A stretch of 63,711 nucleotides of DNA, counting the filler, from Octopus bimaculoides (Eukaryota), in NCBI RefSeq assembly GCF_001194135.2. It is 3 parts of 3 records of this genome, joined end to end, with 100 filler letters (N's around TTAATTAATTAA, not from the genome) between each part and the next. Parts side by side here need not be neighbours in the genome. Positions count along the whole stretch, not along the records: positions 1 to 26,918 come from NC_068981.1; 2 more parts are not named here. One strand, 5' to 3'. Under the pieces are notes generated by a model that worked only from the letters and a program-made list of their open reading frames with translations, made no database searches and was not told where the DNA came from. Of this stretch, positions 11,896 through 23,009 are shown piece after piece; positions within the stretch are counted from its first letter, which is position 1, and each line of letters starts with the position of its first letter. The position numbers and the translations under genes were made by a program.

Positions 11896-12596
11896 ATCTA
11901 TCTATCTATCTATCTATAATTCTATCTATCTATATGACTGCATATAAGTATATGGTTGTAGATATATATGCTTATATACGTCTATAATGGATAGATACAT
12001 GCTATTTGCGTATTTACAAATACCTACATCAATGTACACATGTGTTAACATCCACCTGTGTCAGTGTTAACTATTTGTGAACATCAGACATCGCCATTGC
12101 AAAGTGTTTCCGAGAAACCAGAAGAAGAGCTACGATTTATACATCATACTAGGATTACTTCATGTGTAATGTTTTTTCATGCAGTTTCTGGTCTCATTTT
12201 GTTGTTTGGTTGTTATTCTTTTTTATATTCTGTTTCGTTTGAAATATTTATTGAGATATATTTTGTTATTGTTTCTAATTTGTAATCCACTTAACCTTTA
12301 TCAACGACAGAGGACTTCAAACAGTTGAATTCTGCTCATCTTAGCTGCCAACAATGTTTTGTCAGCTGTCACGTTTTAGCTTTTTTATGGTAGCCATTAA
12401 AGACAGACAAAAAAACTCATAAGTTATTGTTGAGACCCAGTAGATTGTACATGAGAGAATATGTGAGAAATTCAGAAAGAAACTGAGGCAGGGGTAGAGG
12501 AGAAAATAAGAAAAAACAGAGATAGTATGATTGAGAGAGTGAGTGTTTGTGTAAATGAACGAGTGAATGGATTAGAGAGTAAGTGAACAAATGAAC

Positions 12597-12634
<38 letters not shown>

Positions 12635-13260
12635 GAGAGAGAGATAGAGAGAGAGAATTAAATAGAGAACGAGAGAAAGATTGAGACAGTGAGAGAGAAA
12701 ATTAAAAGAGAGGAATACAGACGGAAAAAGTGCAAAAGAAATATTAGAGATCGCTAAAATGCCTGAGTGAGTGGCAACAAATAGAGAATGTAAACAAAAT
12801 AACAAAATATGTTAGAAAAAAAAAATAGAGGAACAGAAGAGACGAAAAGGAGGAAGAGTTAGATTTCGTAGTAGAGGCAGAAGTAAAAAAGAACAGCGCC
12901 AAGAAACGCAAAACTGAGAATCAATTCGCAGAGAGAAAATAAATTGAAGTATAAATACATATATACATAAATACATAAAAACGTATCCGCATATATATAT
13001 ATATATATATATACAAGCATACATGCATGCATATGTATGCGTGTGTGTGTATGAGTGTAACATGTGAGCAACAATAAAAAAAATGAAAAGAGATAACGGA
13101 TACTAGAGAAAACAATTGAAGTACTATCGCTGTAGTAAAAAAAAAAAAGGAGAATGAAAGAGTAAAAGAGAGAGAGGGAGAAAGAGAGCGTGATGAACGT
13201 AAGAAAGATAACAGAAAAAGAAATAAAAGTGGGATCTTAAGAAAACGAGATTCCAAAAGA
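11825..13260. repeat. (TC)n/(TCTA)n at 11825-11935 and a long polypurine GA-rich low-complexity tract at 12430-13260
   Basis: Read directly. Confidence 0.9.
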
Positions 13261-13419
13261 TAAAAACGAAAATAAATATTATCTAAAATACAAATGATAA
13301 AATGTATTTTATTTTAAATTTGAAATATTGTTACAAGTAATATATGTGTTCACGTGGTTGTTTACGTATGTGAATTCATGAATGCATGTATGTGTGCCTG
13401 TTTCTACAAACATAAACAT

Positions 13420-13478
13420 GTAGATCTATCTATTTTTCTGTATATCTATTTATCTATATATCTCTGTTTATCTCTTCA

Positions 13479-13509
<31 letters not shown>

Positions 13510-13550
13510 ATGTCTGTCAGGCTATCTATTTATCTATGTATCTCTGTCTA

Positions 13551-13599
<49 letters not shown>

Positions 13600-13790
13600 C
13601 TCTTTGTGTGTGTCTATAGGTCTAACTGTGTGCTAAGAATTTTGCATCCCAACAACTTAACCCCAGGTTCAATTTCAATGAGTGGCATCTCAAGCAGCTG
13701 GGCTGTTGTCTTTTACTATAGCGTCGGGCCGACCAATGCTTTGTGAGTGGATTTGGTAGACAGAAACTAAAAGAAGGCCGTCCCGCGCGC
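13420..13790 (+). repeat. (TCTA)n microsatellite followed by a degraded SINE-B (13620-13790)
   Basis: TACTATAGCGTCGGGCCGACCAATGCTTTGTGAGTGGATTTGGTAGACAGAAACT matches the SINE-B body. Confidence 0.85.
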
Positions 13791-14548
13791 GTCCGTGTAA
13801 ATATACAAGTATGTACGTTCTACTTTTACTCATTATAATTCCTCATATGAGGAAGGAGCTGGTTTCGAACAATGATATAAAACCCCACCTTTAGAATGTA
13901 GTTATCAAAATCAATGTCGCATTTTGAACTTGTGATAAGTTTGGCATAATTTTACTGTTCCACGTAATGTTTGTATTTTAATGTGCATGTTAGTCGTGGG
14001 ATTTCTTGTCTGAAAGCCCTAGATTTTCCAGATTTTCCAGATTTTCATTTAAATATTTTCTAACAAAACCAATTACACAAATTCTTATTTGTAACAATAT
14101 GCCAATATTGAGAACAGAAAACGAAGGTTTTGAACATTTATCGGAAACTTATTCTCTGTGGTAGAACATACATTTATTCTTGTCTGCTGCAAGCAACGAT
14201 ATTCGAACTATTACGTTTGCACTTCATAGATATTTTTATAGAAATATTCAACCAATATTCCTAGTGTTGGAGAAGATAATATATGAATTTAGGGCAGTAT
14301 TGCATATTTTCTTAGCAACAACGTCATATCACATTAGTGGGTTTTACCTTGATGACATATTCCGGCAGCTACTGATCACCTCTCACGACTTCTACAGACA
14401 GGTATGCACGAAGTATGTATGTATGTATGCATGCATGCATGTATGAAGTTTGTATGTGTGCATGTATGTCTAAAAGCTTGTATGTACATATGTAAGTATG
14501 TATGCATATAGGGATGCATGTATGTACATATGTAATCATGTGTGTACA

Positions 14549-15323
14549 TACGAAGGGGTATTAACAAATCACCGGACTGCCAACAGATGGCAGGGACCTT
14601 CATGAGGTAGTGTACCGAGAGACTTCGTTGTGCTTACTTCGGAAGTTGTGAAATTTGTATTTATGCATGCTGTAGTTTGCGATTTTATCATGGACAATAA
14701 GTTAGAAGAAAGAGCCAACGTCAAATTTTGCGTTGAACTTGGGAAGCCTGCTACAGAGACATTGAGCATGCTTTGGGAAGCTTACGGTAACGAGACAAAG
14801 GGCTGTACGCAATGTTTCGAATGGCACAAGCGCTTCAAATGTGGAAGAACATCTCCGGAAGACAATGAGCGATCTCAGAGACCTGCCACGAGCGTCAACC
14901 CTGGAAATGCATTGAGCATCGTGAATTCGTCCCTCAGGATCAGATTGGCAATCGGGAGTTCTATTACATCATTTTGAAGCGTTTGACGGAGGAAACTGGA
15001 CAAAAGCTGTTGGATCTACTTGGAACGAAGAACTAGATTCATCATTAAGCTCTATTCACAAGATTTAGCACCTACAGTCTTCCATCTCTTATCCAAGATG
15101 AAAATGCATCTCAAAGGTCACCGTTTTAACACCGTTGTCGAGATCTAGAGCGAATTAAAGATAGTCCTCGACTCGCTTACGGAAAACGACTTCCAGGCCT
15201 GATTCTGAATGTGACAGGAAAGCTGGGACCAGTGTAATGCTGCGCAAGGTGACTGTTTAGGTATGAGGTAAATAAGTCATTATTTGTTAAATATATCTAG
15301 TCATGGAACCTTTTGATACCGTA
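14549..15323 (+). mobile_element. Internally deleted mariner transposon inserted in a (TATG)n tract
   Basis: Left end TACGAAGGGGTATTAACAAATCACCGGACT, degenerate right end AGTCATGGAACCTTTTGATACCGTA, TA termini. HTH region MDNKLEERANVKFCVELGKPATETLSMLWEAYG...CFEWHKRFKCGRTSPEDNERSQRPATS jumps to HxEFVPQDQIGNREFYYIILKRL, then to a degraded YSPDLAP and C-terminus. Confidence 0.92.
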
Positions 15324-15351
15324 TGTATATATGTATGTATGTATGTATGTA

Positions 15352-15386
<35 letters not shown>

Positions 15387-16084
15387 GAAGGTACTTGCTT
15401 AGTGGTTTGGGTAATTGGTTCAGGATCGTAAGGCCGTGAGTTCGATTCGCAGTGGCATTTCGATTCTTTTTGGAAAACACACACGTGCACCTACACATAA
15501 ATGAATTTATAGAGAAGTAAAAAGAGTTGTTTTTTCTTCTTTTTATTCTTAAACAAACTTGCGTTTTAGTTTCATTGTGAATGGTAAAACAAATTTTTTC
15601 CATTGCATGATTTATCTTTCCTGTAAAATAAAGTATACAATCTGACATACTTTATACTCTTCCGGGATCTTCATTGAAGAATAAAAACTAGTATTTTCAC
15701 AAGGCAAAAAATTCTATCACAAAGCCATATATTCATATGTTGTGTATACAAACAATGGTTCAGTTAAAAATCGTCCGTCAACTTAGCATTGCAATGCCTG
15801 TACTGAAAATGTGGCTTAGGTAATAAATTCAAAGTAAATATAACTGTTTTTTTTCTTCGATAACTAGAAAATAAGTTACACTTTTATTCAGCAAAATTTT
15901 TATATTTTTATATTTCCGTGCGCAGTAAAAGCGGTATCCATAATGCTATTACTTTCTATTTCTCCTTGTGTAGTTAGGATTAGGGTTAGGGTGAAGGTTG
16001 CCCGTTTATTAAATATAATATATCTTTTGTATTAAAATTGTGAGAAAAAAATATTCAAAATATCATTCTGTGGTACTTACTCAA

Positions 16085-16700
16085 CAGGCGCGGTTGTGTA
16101 GTAAGAAGTTTGCTTCCAAACCACATGGTTCCAGGTTCAGTCCCATTGGGTGGCATCTTATCCAAGTGTCTTCTTCTATAGGCTCGGTCCTTGTGAGTGA
16201 ATTCGATTGACGGAAAGATAAAATGTTCACATACAATTGGAGATATTAAAGTTTCTAACTTTTTTTTCTTTTTTGTTTTGAGATGTTCGTTTGTATGTCC
16301 CTTCAGAAAAGACTGTAGTGTTTTTGAAAAATACGTTTCATCCTTTCGGAGGCGTTTTGATAAGTACCAGTTGCGCACTAGGATCAATGTAATCGACTAC
16401 CTCGCCCCTGCAAATTTCAGGCCTTGTGCCTATTGTAGAAAGGATTATTAAGTCGGCGAGCCATCAGAAACTTTACCGTGCCGGGCAAAATGATTAGCGG
16501 CATTTCTTCCGTCTCTACGTTCCGAGTTCAAATTCTGCCGAGTTCGACTTTACCTTAAATCCTTTCGGGATCAGACTGTGATTTTCAACTTTCTAGAGTC
16601 AATAAATTAAAGTACAATTCTTGTATTGAAGTTAGTTAAATCGACTATCTCCTACTCCTGAAGACTTCAAGACATGTAGCGATGTCAGAAATCATTATTG
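16085..16700 (+). mobile_element. Cluster of one SINE-B head (16085-16200) and SINE-A pieces (16340-16700)
   Basis: Family motifs as above. Confidence 0.85.
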
Positions 16701-17022
16701 TTTTAGCTAGTTTCTTTTAATCTTTTAAATTACATGCTGCGTACGAAAAGGAAAGAAAAAAATAAAGTAAATAATTTTTTTAAACGTTGTGGTAAAAAAT
16801 AAAAGGTAAAGACTTGCAAAAGTGTCTTGAAGTGTGGCGATTTCGAAATGTAGGTTAACAGTTGAAAGAGGATGTAAAATCATTATTTTCAAATAATAGT
16901 TTGAAATTCAATTGAAATGGCCATGTTGATAAATAGGATGACGTTTGATTAGTGAGATTGAGATAAAGTGATGGATATAGAGTAAAGGCTAAAAGAACAT
17001 TTCATTTCACCTTGGTGAAACA

Positions 17023-17276
<254 letters not shown>

Positions 17277-17489
17277 GTGAAAATGGAAATTGAGGGACGA
17301 AGAAACAGGGAGAGGGGGTGAGAGAGAGAGAGAATGTAAAAGAGAGAGGAGAGATGACGGGGGTAATTGTGTAAAAAGTAAATTGAGGGACGAAGAAAGC
17401 AAAAGAGAGAGTCCGAGAGAGAAAGAGAGGAAAATTTAAGACGGAGACACACTTTTAGGAGAAAAGGGTTCATTGATATTTAATGATAT

Positions 17490-17660
17490 TGGTATCGTTG
17501 TTAGCATGCCGGACAGAATACTTAGCGGTATTTTGTCCGACTTTACATTCTGGCTTCAAATTCCACTGGGGTTGACTTTATCTTTGAATCGATAAAATAA
17601 GCACTAATTGAACGTTGGCGTCGATATCAGCGACTGAACCATTCCCCTCAATATTCCAGG
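17490..17660 (+). mobile_element. Diverged SINE-A
   Basis: GTTAGCATGCCGGACAGAATACTTAGCGGTATTT...TTCAAATTCCACTGGGGTTGACTTT. Confidence 0.8.
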
Positions 17661-17694
17661 TATATAAAAAAATTATATACAGTTAAATACTCTG

Positions 17695-17735
<41 letters not shown>

Positions 17736-18379
17736 CCAGCACAACCACCATCATTTCATTTGCAACATGTGATAAACGGTTCTTGAACGAGATTATATCT
17801 AACGCCGTTATCCTAGAAAAGCCTACGTTCACTGTTAACCAAACAGTTCATTGCAGTCTATACCCATGTTATCATTTCTTACCAACAAGACTGTGTTTGA
17901 CATTTTATACCTACCAATTCCACTTATTTTTCCTTCTACATACTGTTGCAGCCGTCTAGCTTGCCAGCCCTGGTCAAACCGTCCAGCCCATGCCGGCATG
18001 GAGCCACTCCAATACACTTTATTTCTTTGTAACTAAATACCTTTGGATCACAAAGGTCTGTGGTATTTCTTTTTTCTCATTACAATTTGAAATACTGTCT
18101 TAACTGCATCGTTATTCGCACATGCGCAAGCCATTCAATGAATACTAGTTCTCTATTAGTTTCTTAGAAATAACCTACTGAAGAGCAATAAATAGCAGAC
18201 TACCTATGTACACACGCACGCACATAACTAGATAAATACATACATGCATACATACATATATACATTAATAGATTTATGGGTAGATTTATTAATTAATTAG
18301 GTAAATGTAGAAATGTCCATGCGTCGTCTATGATACGTATAAATGACACATATAGACATATATATTAAGTAGTAAATTA

Positions 18380-18738
18380 AAAGAATGTTAACAATTGCAG
18401 CGTGGAAGGTGTTTATAAGCCATTTAAGAAACACAAAAAACCCGCTAAATTCACTTCAACATTTAAATTTAATTTGCCAAAATATTTTTGTGGCTTTGAG
18501 ACTGCGACCTGTTCACTGACAAAATTCCGTGAAATGTTGTCAGTGAATAGGTCGCGGTCTCAAAGCCACAAAAATATTTTGGCAAATTAAATTTAAATGT
18601 TGAAGTGAATTTAACGGTTTTTGTGTGTTTCTTAAATGGCTTATAAACACCTTCCACGCTGTAATCGTTTTCGTTCAAGCACATGATCTCAGATCAGATC
18701 GCTTGCTATGCAAGTACATCTCCATGAAAGAATGTTAA
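18380..18738. mobile_element. Fold-back element: about 133-bp inverted arms (18390-18522 / 18537-18669), a 57-bp unique tail and a 12-bp flanking direct repeat; probably an inverted PLE pLTR pair
   Basis: The arms are near-perfect reverse complements. AAAGAATGTTAA occurs at 18380-18391 and 18727-18738. Each arm contains a hammerhead-topology motif. Confidence 0.85.
18537..18585 (+). ncRNA. Hammerhead-like motif with swapped 3:8 core (mirror copy at 18474-18522 on the minus strand); these copies are probably inactive
   Basis: UUGUCA-GUGAA(U/C)A-G-GUCGC(GGUCUCAAA)GCCAC-AAAA-AUAUU-U-UGGCAA. Stem I pairs over 6 bp, stem II over 4 of 5, stem III is the palindrome AAUAUU, and position 12 is A rather than G. 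Confidence 0.5.
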
Positions 18739-19251
18739 ACCTTCGGATTGCAAGAATATATAATGATTCTCTGTTTTCATATCAAATTTTTAAAACATGA
18801 TTTTATCAATGGGTGTAGATACCTGAATCTCTGTATGGATACAATATTCAGCGATTANNNNNNNNNNNNNNNNNNNNNNNNNNNNNNNNNNNNNNNNNNN
18901 NNNNNNNNNNNNNNNNNNNNNNNNNNNNNNNNNNNNNNNNNNNNNNNNNNNNNNNNNNNNNNNNNNNNNNNNNNNNNNNNNNNNNNNNNNNNNNNNNNNN
19001 NNNNNNNNNNNNNNNNNNNNNNNNNNNNNNNNNNNNNNNNNNNNNNNNNNNNNNNNNNNNNNNNNNNNNNNNNNNNNNNNNNNNNTATATATAAATATAC
19101 ATACATACATACATACATACATACATACATACATACATACATACATACACATACACATCGTTTTATGTATATTTCAACTTGTAATGGTAATTTTTTTTTT
19201 TATTAATTGGCATTTTTTTATGTTTCAGGTTCAAAATGTGACTGCTTCATC

Positions 19252-19795
19252 ATGCCACATACAAAAGAAGACTTGGAAGTGTCTGAATTTCAAATAGGAT
19301 GTATTGGGGATTAATCCAAAGGTGGACTAGGTCAGCGTAAAATCGTAGAAAACCTTGGAATCCCGGTTTCTACATTTGATAGATTAATTGTGCAATTAAC
19401 CAGAGAGGAGAAGGAGTCCAGATCACCTCACCCAGGTTGACCAGAGGCCTGTCTTAGGACTCTTCGCTTCGTTAAGAGGACAATCGTTATTACAAAACCT
19501 CTGACATAGCAGAACAAGTTAATGTCAGTCCCAGAACGGCTGTCAGGTATCTCCACAAACCTGGCTACTATGGCAGAGCAGTAAGAAGGAAACCACTTCT
19601 TCGACTAGCCAATATCAAGCGGTGAAAAGATTGGGCCAGTGAGATGGTGGAAAGGTCACTAACATTTTAGGACACTGTCATATTCCGCGAAGAGTCCAGA
19701 TTCACACTATTTTTTGACAGTGGTCGAGTGTGGGTCTGGAGACTCTGTGATCAAGAATTTGACGTGAAAAGATTGCAGCCGACAATGAAACACAA
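19252..19795 (+). pseudogene. Tc1-family transposase N-terminal half, with stops and a frameshift, truncated by a gap
   Basis: MPHTKEDLEVSEFQIGCI...QRKIVENLGIPVST...(HPG*P)...VSPRTAVRYLHKPGYYGRAVRRKPLL...[22 protein letters not shown]...RLQPTMKH. This gives the paired-like HTH, the GRP-like hook and the degraded first catalytic D (normally FSDES). Confidence 0.9.
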
Positions 19796-22700
19796 NNNNN
19801 NNNNNNNNNNNNNNNNNNNNNNNNNNNNNNNNNNNNNNNNNNNNNNNNNNNNNNNNNNNNNNNNNNNNNNNNNNNNNNNNNNNNNNNNNNNNNNNNNNNN
19901 NNNNNNNNNNNNNNNNNNNNNNNNNNNNNNNNNNNNNNNNNNNNNNNNNNNNNNNNNNNNNNNNNNNNNNNNNNNNNNNNNNNNNNNNNNNNNNNNNNNN
20001 NNNNNNNNNNNNNNNNNNNNNNNNNNNNNNNNNNNNNNNNNNNNNNNNNNNNNNNNNNNNNNNNNNNNNNNNNNNNNNNNNNNNNNNNNNNNNNNNNNNN
20101 NNNNNNNNNNNNNNNNNNNNNNNNNNNNNNNNNNNNNNNNNNNNNNNNNNNNNNNNNNNNNNNNNNNNNNNNNNNNNNNNNNNNNNNNNNNNNNNNNNNN
20201 NNNNNNNNNNNNNNNNNNNNNNNNNNNNNNNNNNNNNNNNNNNNNNNNNNNNNNNNNNNNNNNNNNNNNNNNNNNNNNNNNNNNNNNNNNNNNNNNNNNN
20301 NNNNNNNNNNNNNNNNNNNNNNNNNNNNNNNNNNNNNNNNNNNNNNNNNNNNNNNNNNNNNNNNNNNNNNNNNNNNNNNNNNNNNNNNNNNNNNNNNNNN
20401 NNNNNNNNNNNNNNNNNNNNNNNNNNNNNNNNNNNNNNNNNNNNNNNNNNNNNNNNNNNNNNNNNNNNNNNNNNNNNNNNNNNNNNNNNNNNNNNNNNNN
20501 NNNNNNNNNNNNTATATAATAGCGTATCTTATATTCGACTGAGCGAGTGACGTATTTTCGGGACCTGATCTTTGACAACTGTTAATAAATTTAGGAAATA
20601 CATTAATGTCTCTCCCAAATATTGCTAAAGTCATAAAGTTCGTAATTGGCAAGTGTTGTTTCGCACAATTACATACGCTTGAAATGATATTCAAAAATTC
20701 AGATGTAACATTGCTGTTTGAATAAAGTGAGTGAAAAGCAGTTTTGAACAGAATATTGCTAAAAGTTGAAAACTGCTTAGATTACTTTGGTAGTCAGTGC
20801 AACACATACGTAAACGCTATTCTGCATAAATGCTGAGATTCACGTGCCGAAACATACAGACCTCAAACAAGCATTCCTACATGCTATAAAAAGAAAACTA
20901 AAGCGAATCGCCGTTATCCAGAACATTTCCAGTCGATACTCGAAACTGTCAAAAAGCAAATTCCAGTGAACCTATCAAGCTGTCTGCCTTGTACTTTGGT
21001 ATGTAATAATTATTAACGTAGATTATGTACATCGCTGAAATCTTTCAGCTTGCAAAGCGTTAATTACTTATCTCAGGGACAACTCTAAATTTGAATTATC
21101 AATGTGCTACAGAACAAAGATGACGCTTCCTTGCAAATCCAAGCTGTTGGGGAATACTTTCCATCGCAGATAATTCTCAAATAAATTCCTATGAACGATA
21201 AGAGAATAAAAAAACGAAGGTTTAGGTTGGTAATAGAACTACGCAATAAAGGAGAGGAATGACAGAATATTTGATATTTTAGTAGGTCAGCTATAATGGA
21301 GATAGCTATGTAAATTCTTTTCACGAGAGTATTATTAACGACATGAACGAAGGGATATGAACGAAGGGAAATTAAAGAATCTCCAATTGATCGTAGGTTT
21401 GACTTATAGGGAGCTTACATCTTATTCAACGGCACACGTTACTTGCATGTATAATAATGAAACTAGTTTTCTATAGAGGAAATGGCCAGATGACTTGAAG
21501 TACATTCAACTCAGCTTGGCTTCGTTACTAAAAAAATACATAAATCGCTGTCAATTTATATTTATTTTTTACACATTAGATTAGATTTATTTTTCTTCTT
21601 TTTTTTTTGGCTATATTTGGTTTGCATTTAATCTTTATTTTTTACTCGAGTATTTTTTGACTTGTTCAGATTTCAATTTGTGTAGATAAATTTCAACGGA
21701 ATTTGTAACATCTAATTGCTAATGCATGTTGTTGGTTTCAGAAGTATATGTGCATTTATTGAGATAAACACTGATATATTTTCGTTATACGAAAGTAACA
21801 GGCGGAAACAATATTAGGAAAGAAAAACGAGTAAGCTATGTAAGTGACATGTAATCAAATCACTAACGCTGCTAACATATACATACCTATATTATCATAT
21901 TCTTACTAGAGTTATCATTTTACAGTGTATATTTCTCAACACGCACGCACGCGCACACAGACACACACACACACTCTATCTCTTTCTCTCTCTCACACAC
22001 ACACACGCCTAGACACGCACAGAAAACATTAAAAAATGTAGGAATTCACTGAACTTAAACATACTAGATTTGTGTGAAAATATATTTACATACGTGTAGC
22101 TGTTCAAATATATCCACATTCGAAGATATGTGTAAATGTGTGTGTTTTTACGTGTGTGTGTATGCGTGTGTATATATATATATATTTGATTAGTCGTATA
22201 CTTTTATGCATGTGTTCGAGTAGCTGTGACTATATGCATGTTAAGCCTGCATACATACATACATACATACATGCATGCATACATTTATATGTATATATAT
22301 ATATATACATACACACACACAGATAGATAGATATATATAGATTTATATATATAAATATATATANNNNNNNNNNNNNNNNNNNNNNNNNNNNNNNNNNNNN
22401 NNNNNNNNNNNNNNNNNNNNNNNNNNNNNNNNNNNNNNNNNNNNNNNNNNNNNNNNNNNNNNNNNNNNNNNNNNNNNNNNNNNNNNNNNNNNNNNNNNNN
22501 NNNNNNNNNNNNNNNNNNNNNNNNNNNNNNNNNNNNNNNNNNNNNNNNNNNNNNNNNNNNNNNNNNNNNNNNNNNNNNNNNNNNNNNNNNNNNNNNNNNN
22601 NNNNNNNNNNNNNNNNNNNNNNNNNNNNNNNNNNNNNNNNNNNNNNNNNNNNNNNNNNNNNNNNNNNNNNNNNNNNNNNNNNNNNNNNNNNNNNNNNNNN

Positions 22701-22978
22701 NNNNNNNNNNNNNNNNNNNNNNNNNNNNNNNNNNNNNNNNNNNNNNNNNNNNNNNNNNNNNNNNNNNNNNNNNNNNNNNNNNNNNNNNNNNNNNNNNNNN
22801 NNNNNNNNNNNNNNNNNNNNNNNNNNNNNNNNNNNNNNNNNNNNNNNNNNNNNNNNNNNNNNNNNNNNNNNNNNNNNNNNNNNNNNNNNNNNNNNNNNNN
22901 NNNNNNNNNNNNNNNNNNNNNNNNNNNNNNNNNNNNNNNNNNNNNNNNNNNNNNNNNNNNNNNNNNNNNNNNNNNNNN

Positions 22979-23009
<31 letters not shown>

